The position numbers were made by a program, and so were the translations under genes. From NCBI GenBank assembly GCA_964422295.1, contig CAYRAM010000008.1, positions 26,242 to 90,241 of the forward strand: 64,000 bases of DNA, in the 5' to 3' direction. The stretch comes from an uncultured Planctomycetia bacterium. Its GTDB lineage: Bacteria > Planctomycetota > UBA8108 > UBA1146. Of the stretch, positions 58,955 to 64,000 are shown piece after piece. How positions within the stretch are numbered: position 1 is the first letter of the stretch; each line of letters starts with the position of its first letter. A model generated the notes under the pieces. The model was not told where the DNA came from and made no database searches. It saw only the letters and a program-made list of their open reading frames with translations.

Positions 58955-59145
58955 GCCACCATCCTCCACTGTTTTGGGGGCTCGCATGCAAGGCGGATTG
59001 AGTCGACCGACAAGGTTCATCGATTCCTCAGTCGGGTTCTCGCCTCGGACACATATTCGGATTATCCTCCGGGATCGTGCGGAGGCAACCGCACTCGCCG
59101 GGACCATTCGGGAAGCCTGTTTAGTTAGATCTTCAGGAGGTCTTC

Positions 59146-59628
59146 ATGACCCAGTTCACCACGTTGTTGATCCATCGTCTTCGACCCATTGCAGGGGTTT
59201 CCGCCATGCTCCTGATCTCCGTATCCCTGATCGGATCGATCGGTGGCTGTGCCGGACTGGTTCCCCCGGAAGATTCCATCCCGGTCGTGGAACAGCATCA
59301 GCCCGATGACATCCCCGCCCCTTTCGGTTTTGAGCTGGACCCCAATTCCTGGTCATACTTGAAGTTTCAGAATGCCCCCCTGCCGATGCGCTCTGTCGAG
59401 GTGATCTACTGGGGTGATCGTCCGATAAACGAGATTGCTTCCTGGTACAAGGAGCAGATGCCGTTCCACGGCTGGGAATTCGTTTCTGACAGTATCGATG
59501 CAGGAGAAACCCAGTTGCGGTACTCTAAAAGGGACGAGTATGCGGAAGTTCTCGTTCGCCGCATACCTGATCAGGATGGAAAGCACTACATCACGAGGCT
59601 CATAGTCAGGATCGGTGTCGATTCCTGA
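59146..59628 (+). CDS. Hypothetical lipoprotein.
   Basis: The protein has a signal peptide and a lipobox (IGSIGGCAG). It is divergent from the ABC operon. Confidence 0.55.
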   Translation: MTQFTTLLIHRLRPIAGVSAMLLISVSLIGSIGGCAGLVPPEDSIPVVEQHQPDDIPAPFGFELDPNSWSYLKFQNAPLPMRSVEVIYWGDRPINEIASWYKEQMPFHGWEFVSDSIDAGETQLRYSKRDEYAEVLVRRIPDQDGKHYITRLIVRIGVDS

Positions 59629-59666
59629 CTCTCCAATCAACCGGAGTTGAGGGGAAGTCACCCAAA

Positions 59667-60458
59667 ATGGCAAAAACTGGACCTGGTCGCCCGCAAGACA
59701 AAAGTTCTCACACCGGGGTGGAAGATCCTCAAGAACTTGAAAAGACTCTTGAAGATGCCACGACCGGTGTCGTTGAGGTTGCACAGAAGAATTCAAACCT
59801 CATCGTCTTCGTCGTCCTCTGCATCGTTGGGCTGCTCGCCTTGCCGTCGATATTGGGCAAGGTTGAAGAACAGAAGTTGCAAAAGTTCAATGACGACATC
59901 GATGCCTGTCTGAATCAGGACCACGATGCCGTCCTCCAGGACTACCCGACCCTGTTGTCCACCCTGCAGGGAACCCCCGTGGAAGCATACGCATACTCAC
60001 GAGTTGCTGATTGGATGTGGGATCAGCAGGATGAAAATCTCTGGGAGCCGGTCGCTGCGCTGCTGGCGACTGCCCAGGAAAAGTTCCCAGAGGACTTCCT
60101 CCTGCAAACCCGGAGTATCGAATTCCTCGGCGTCATCGAATCGAGCAAAACCTTTGAACTTCCGGAGATTCCGGATAGTGCTCCAGAGGTCGGCGAAGAA
60201 GCAGGGGGCGTGGAATCTGTCGTGACACCTGTCGTGACGCCTGTCGTGACTCCTGTGGTGGTTCCCTCCGATGCTGCTCCTGTCGTGGTTCCTTCCGATG
60301 GTGCCCCTGAGGTGGTTCCTGCCGACAAACTGACCATCGATCCCGGCGGCACACCGAAGGATCAAAACGAAGGTGCGGATAAAGCCAAAGAGCCCTCGGG
60401 CAACTCTGCAGAGGAGCCCGATTCCGATCCTGAAGAGACCGGTGGCTCCGGTCGCTGA
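59667..60458 (+). CDS. Hypothetical single-pass membrane protein with VVTPVV/VVPSD low-complexity repeats.
   Basis: The protein has a TM helix (LIVFVVLCIVGLLALPSIL), an acidic helical region, and then the tandem peptide repeats VVTPVVTPVVTPVVVPSDAAPVVVPSDGAPEVVP. Confidence 0.5.
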   Translation: MAKTGPGRPQDKSSHTGVEDPQELEKTLEDATTGVVEVAQKNSNLIVFVVLCIVGLLALPSILGKVEEQKLQKFNDDIDACLNQDHDAVLQDYPTLLSTLQGTPVEAYAYSRVADWMWDQQDENLWEPVAALLATAQEKFPEDFLLQTRSIEFLGVIESSKTFELPEIPDSAPEVGEEAGGVESVVTPVVTPVVTPVVVPSDAAPVVVPSDGAPEVVPADKLTIDPGGTPKDQNEGADKAKEPSGNSAEEPDSDPEETGGSGR

Positions 60459-61464
60459 GGGATCACCGCTTCCCGAACACCCGGATCCCCCCCCGATCAG
60501 GGAATCCCGGGTTGCCCCCGATGAAGCTGGTGAACGACTCGACAGTTGGCTCGCCCGATATCATTCCGATTTTTCACGCTCGGTATTGCGCAAGTGCATC
60601 GAAGCAGGTGCGGTCACCATCGATGGAGCCCCCATCCTGAAAGCCTCGCGAAAACTACACTCAGGGGAAGAAGTTCGCTTTTCTCCTCCCGCGCCACCGT
60701 CAGTGATCCCCTTGCCCGAAGACGTGCCCCTGCAGATCCTTCATCAAGATGATGAGATTCTGGTGATCTCCAAGGAAGCAGGGATGATCGTCCACCCGTC
60801 TCCCGGTGCACCACCGGAGGGAACTCTCGTGAATGCGCTCCTCGGTCACTCGGGACAGATCGCTGAAGTGGGAGAATCGGATCGGCCTGGAATCGTCCAC
60901 CGTCTCGATAGGGAAACCTCCGGCGTCATGGTGATTGCCCGAACCCCTACCGCCCACCGTGAACTGTCACGGCAATTTCATGACCGGGAAGTGTCCAAGG
61001 AGTATCTGGCGATCTGCCATGGGATCCCTGAAGAGCCCTCTGGCCAGATTGATCTGCCCCTCGCTCGTTCCTTCACCGATACCAAAAAATGGACGGTTCG
61101 CCATGACGGGGATGCTCGACAGGCATTCACGGCATGGAAGATCAAAGCGAAATTCGCCGATTTACGCCAACCGATCTCATGGATTCACTGCTTCCCCCGA
61201 ACCGGCAGAACCCACCAGATCAGGGTTCACTTGCGTGCCATCGGCCATCCCATCCTCTGTGACTACCTGTACGGCAGGGAAAGAACGCTGGATCTCGCCG
61301 ACTTGGGTCAAAAACAAATGGAAGCCCACCTCAAGCGGCACGCACTCCATGCCTGGAAGTTGCACCTGCGCCATCCGGTCAGTGGCCAATCGATGAAATT
61401 TGAGGCTCCCCTTCCCGCCGATATGCTTCCCTGGTGGGAAGCAGCCGATCAAATCGAGTCCTGA
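60373..61464 (+). CDS. rluD: RluA-family 23S rRNA pseudouridine synthase (RluD-like) with an N-terminal S4 domain.
   Basis: The S4 region is ERLDSWLARYHSDFSRSVLRKCIEAGAVTIDG. The catalytic motif is HRLDRETSGVMVIA. The start is uncertain: the only ATG (60373) overlaps the upstream gene by 86 nt, and there is no in-frame ATG closer to the S4 domain. Confidence 0.8.
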   Translation: MRIKPKSPRATLQRSPIPILKRPVAPVAEGSPLPEHPDPPPIRESRVAPDEAGERLDSWLARYHSDFSRSVLRKCIEAGAVTIDGAPILKASRKLHSGEEVRFSPPAPPSVIPLPEDVPLQILHQDDEILVISKEAGMIVHPSPGAPPEGTLVNALLGHSGQIAEVGESDRPGIVHRLDRETSGVMVIARTPTAHRELSRQFHDREVSKEYLAICHGIPEEPSGQIDLPLARSFTDTKKWTVRHDGDARQAFTAWKIKAKFADLRQPISWIHCFPRTGRTHQIRVHLRAIGHPILCDYLYGRERTLDLADLGQKQMEAHLKRHALHAWKLHLRHPVSGQSMKFEAPLPADMLPWWEAADQIES

Positions 61465-61623
61465 AGCACCAAATTCACTGTTCCAGTACGTTGCTGCCGT
61501 TGCAGATTCGACGGTGCGCGGATACTCTGTGGTTTCATCGGATGGAGATGAACCCTTGGCGATTGCGGTCATCTTGAAGGGTTTCCCCCTAATGTTCATC
61601 CTGAAGTCAAACGGGAGAAGTTC

Positions 61624-62061
61624 ATGAAGGAATACACCGAAAGTTTCGAGCAGGTCCCACTCTTCAAGGGATTGTCACCCACAGAAATCCAAGGGCTGCT
61701 GCGAATTGCGGAAGATATCGAAGCCAAACAAAGTGATACGGTCGTGCTTCAGGATACGCCTGGGGATGGTTTCTACATCATCAGTGCCGGAGCATTCGAG
61801 GTCCTGAAGTCAGGGAACCGCAATGAGGTCCTCGGCCGTCTCGAAGAATTAAGCTTTTTCGGTGAAATGTCGCTGATCAGCAGCGAGAAGCGCTCTGCGA
61901 CCGTGATGTGCGTCGAAGACGGCAGGCTCAAAAAAGTCCCCGCCGAACCCTTCCGCAAATTGCTCGAAGAGGGAGACATCGTCGCCTACAAGGTGATCCT
62001 GAACATGGCGAGGATCCTGGCCAAGAGACTGGCCGCCTCCGACAACCGCCTCGTCAGTTAG
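61624..62061 (+). CDS. Stand-alone cyclic-nucleotide-binding domain protein.
   Basis: The cNMP-binding signatures FGEMSL...RSATV are present. There is no HTH or other output domain, and the protein is 145 aa. Confidence 0.75.
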   Translation: MKEYTESFEQVPLFKGLSPTEIQGLLRIAEDIEAKQSDTVVLQDTPGDGFYIISAGAFEVLKSGNRNEVLGRLEELSFFGEMSLISSEKRSATVMCVEDGRLKKVPAEPFRKLLEEGDIVAYKVILNMARILAKRLAASDNRLVS

Positions 62062-62074
62062 GCCACTGCGGATC

Positions 62075-62689
62075 ATGCCCCGTCACGGAGCCATCCGATT
62101 GAGCAGTGGTTCCCTCAAAGGCAAGAGTCTCCGGGTTCCCGAGGGGCTGAGCGTCAGACCGATGCGTACCCGGGTCAGGGAAGCACTCTTCAATCGCCTG
62201 CAAGATTTTCTTCAGGCGGCCAGGGTTCTCGACCTCTTCGCAGGTTCCGGAGCAGTCGGAATCGAAGCGGTCTCGCGGGGTGCCCGGCAAACGGTCCATG
62301 TTGAAAACACCCGCGAAGTGCTCTCACTGCTTGGGAGCAATCTTCGAGAATTGGGCATCGAAGCCCAGTGCAAAGTCCTCGAAAAAGATGCCTACCGCCT
62401 CGGTCCCAATCCTCCCGGTCCCCCCTTCGATCTGATCCTCATCGATCCCCCCTTCCCCGATTATCAGGGACCCCAATCAAAACCGTGGACTCTCGCCCGG
62501 GATTTGGCTGCGGGAGATTGGCTCAAGCCGGGGGGTTGGCTGGTGATGGAACACCCGTCCCGGCAAGAAACAGCGCCACCTCCCCCGGGCGTCGAAGCGC
62601 GGGAGGGGCGGCGCTACGGTGAGACCAGCCTGATCTTCTGGTTCAAAACCAACCCCGAAGAGACTCCCGGTGAATCTCAGGAATCGTAA
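62075..62689 (+). CDS. rsmD: 16S rRNA (guanine966-N2)-methyltransferase RsmD.
   Basis: The SAM-binding motif is LDLFAGSGAVGIEAVSRGA and the catalytic motif is DPPF (LILIDPPFP). Confidence 0.8.
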   Translation: MPRHGAIRLSSGSLKGKSLRVPEGLSVRPMRTRVREALFNRLQDFLQAARVLDLFAGSGAVGIEAVSRGARQTVHVENTREVLSLLGSNLRELGIEAQCKVLEKDAYRLGPNPPGPPFDLILIDPPFPDYQGPQSKPWTLARDLAAGDWLKPGGWLVMEHPSRQETAPPPPGVEAREGRRYGETSLIFWFKTNPEETPGESQES

Positions 62690-63720
62690 GTGAGATCGAT
62701 CTCTTGAGCATTGTTGAGGAACTCGGTCAACAGAACCACCGTGGCTTCCAAATCACCCGCATCGATGGTCTCCACCACGCTGTGAACGTAGCGGCAAGGA
62801 ACCGACAGGGTGATCGCCGGAACCGCCGAGCCCCCCCGCTGGATTCCCCCGGCGTCGGTTCCTCCGGAAGTCAGGATCTCCATCTGGAAGGGGATCTCTT
62901 TCTCGCGCGCAATGTTTCTCATCGCGCGAACCAGTTTCGGATGAGAGATGCTGGAACTGTCGTGAATCTTGATTGCTACCCCTTTGCCGAGAGCAGAAAT
63001 CTGTTCATGATCTGTCGCCCCGGGAATATCGCAGGCGAGGGTCACATCGATAGCGACCCCGCAATCAGGCTCGATTTTGTGGGAGGCAGTCATCGCTCCC
63101 CGCAGCCCCACCTCTTCCTGGGTCGTCGCCACAGCATAGACCGATACATTTTCGTTACTGAAGCGCTTGACCGATTCGATCAGGGTGTAGATGGAAACCC
63201 GGTTGTCGAGACTCTTGCCGGAGCAACGGGTCCCGTGAGTTTCAAAGGTTTGCTTCAATGTCACCGGATCGCCGATTTCAATTTTCTGGCGCGCTTCCTC
63301 TGCGGTCAGACTGACATCAACAAACAGTTGCGGCACCGTAGGCATCTTTTTGCGATCTTCCGGGGTCATGACGTGGATCGGCTTGCAACCGATCATCCCG
63401 GTGATCTGTTCCCCATGGCTGGTGTTGACGACAACCCTTTTGGCGATGAGGGTTTTCGGATCAAAACCGCCAAGAGGCGACAACCTCAGGAAACCCTGAT
63501 CGTCGACATGCTTGACGACAAAGCCGATTTCGTCGAGGTGGCCTGCCAGCATCACCTTTGGACTGCCGGGCTGCCCCTCCTTGATTGCGATACAGTTGCC
63601 GATGCCGTCCACTTCGATGCGATCAACGTACTGTTCGATTTCACGGCGAAAAATGGCACGAATGTTGTCTTCAAAACCGGGAGCTCCGTGGGCTTCGCAC
63701 AGTTCCTTCAGCAATTCCAT
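62677..63720 (-). CDS. M42-family metallo-aminopeptidase (FrvX/glutamyl aminopeptidase-like).
   Basis: The N-terminus MELLKELCEAHGAPGFEDNIR is typical of M42 peptidases, and the metal ligands are in H/D/E-rich motifs (AGHLDEIGF, GGTDAG). Confidence 0.8.
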   Translation of the reverse strand: MELLKELCEAHGAPGFEDNIRAIFRREIEQYVDRIEVDGIGNCIAIKEGQPGSPKVMLAGHLDEIGFVVKHVDDQGFLRLSPLGGFDPKTLIAKRVVVNTSHGEQITGMIGCKPIHVMTPEDRKKMPTVPQLFVDVSLTAEEARQKIEIGDPVTLKQTFETHGTRCSGKSLDNRVSIYTLIESVKRFSNENVSVYAVATTQEEVGLRGAMTASHKIEPDCGVAIDVTLACDIPGATDHEQISALGKGVAIKIHDSSSISHPKLVRAMRNIAREKEIPFQMEILTSGGTDAGGIQRGGSAVPAITLSVPCRYVHSVVETIDAGDLEATVVLLTEFLNNAQEIDLTYDS

Positions 63721-63785
63721 GGGTCCTCATTTCAGGAAGTATTGATTTCAGCGATGGCGTGATTTCCGCAGGGGATCACTACCCC

Positions 63786-63842
63786 CGAAACACCATGCAC
63801 CGACAGTCCATACACCGACAGACCATACACCGACAGTCCATG
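63786..63842. repeat. Tandem 15-bp minisatellite (CATACACCGACAGTC, about 3.5 copies) upstream of the M42 peptidase gene.
   Basis: The repeat is read directly from the sequence: CACCGACAGTCCATACACCGACAGACCATACACCGACAGTCCATGG. Confidence 0.85.
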
Positions 63843-64000
63843 GTCCCCCTCTGACCCCTTCCGGGTCAAGGGAAAGACCCCGGAGGACGCCCATCTTCAC
63901 CTTTCATCCGACTCAAATTGACCGATCCCGCTCTCTCGATGCTTTGATCTTTCAATTGGTACCTCCACCTCTCTGCAACCAAATGATGCTGCTTCGAGAA

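Noticed and set aside
1-64000. Mobile elements, CRISPR arrays, and tRNA or rRNA genes.
   Set aside because: I found no transposase-like, integrase-like or recombinase-like translation in any frame, no spaced direct-repeat arrays, and no tRNA-like cloverleaf or rRNA-like segment in the non-coding gaps (6086-7569, 32218-32924, 44112-44429, 63721-64000).

Overview
This 64-kb window is a gene-dense, high-GC bacterial chromosomal segment. The GC content is a visual estimate of roughly 55-60% and was not computed. It looks like core genome rather than an island. I found no rRNA, tRNA, CRISPR array, transposase or integrase.

The lineage is most plausibly Planctomycetota. Three things point that way: a PSCyt1/DUF1549/DUF1553 giant protein paired with a Tat-exported DUF1501 protein, tandem GspE secretion ATPases next to a GspF, and giant multidomain TPR regulators.

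The main annotated blocks are:
- Left end: an enoyl-CoA hydratase and a 62-aa bacterial histone-fold protein.
- A 1451-aa STAND-ATPase/TPR/GAF/degenerate-GGDEF/Fis-HTH regulator, preceded by a 15-16-bp minisatellite that abuts its start codon.
- A roughly 1.5-kb non-coding gap, then a Ser/Thr pseudokinase-TPR membrane protein and ftsH.
- A 2-oxoacid dehydrogenase cluster: fused E1 alpha-beta divergent from lpdA, an orphan E1 beta, an E2 with two lipoyl domains, and lipB and lipA.
- A TsaC(YrdC)::LMW-PTP fusion next to rpiB, matching the Bacillus ywlC/ywlE/ywlF arrangement.
- A PpiD/SurA-like chaperone, FKBP, rnhA and rnr.
- GspF and two GspE paralogs, then an outer-membrane beta-barrel lipoprotein.
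- The DUF1501 and PSCyt pair, a lipoprotein, and a PhoB/PhoR-like two-component pair.
- A DprE1-like FAD oxidase, a futalosine-pathway MqnA/D homolog and a ferredoxin.
- MerR, a small TM ORF and a fused TIGR03960/TIGR03936 radical SAM protein.
- yidD and rnpA, leucine dehydrogenase, then three ABC transporter systems (LolCD-like, Fe3+ FbpABC-like, and one with two FtsX permeases).
- RluD, a standalone cNMP-binding protein, RsmD and an M42 peptidase.

Start codons in the ORF track include GTG and TTG and were often too long, so I moved several starts to ATGs with good Shine-Dalgarno sequences. The most interesting signals are the histone-fold gene, the three unrelated 15-bp tandem minisatellites that all sit next to gene starts, and the giant regulator/pseudokinase pair flanking the long non-coding gap.
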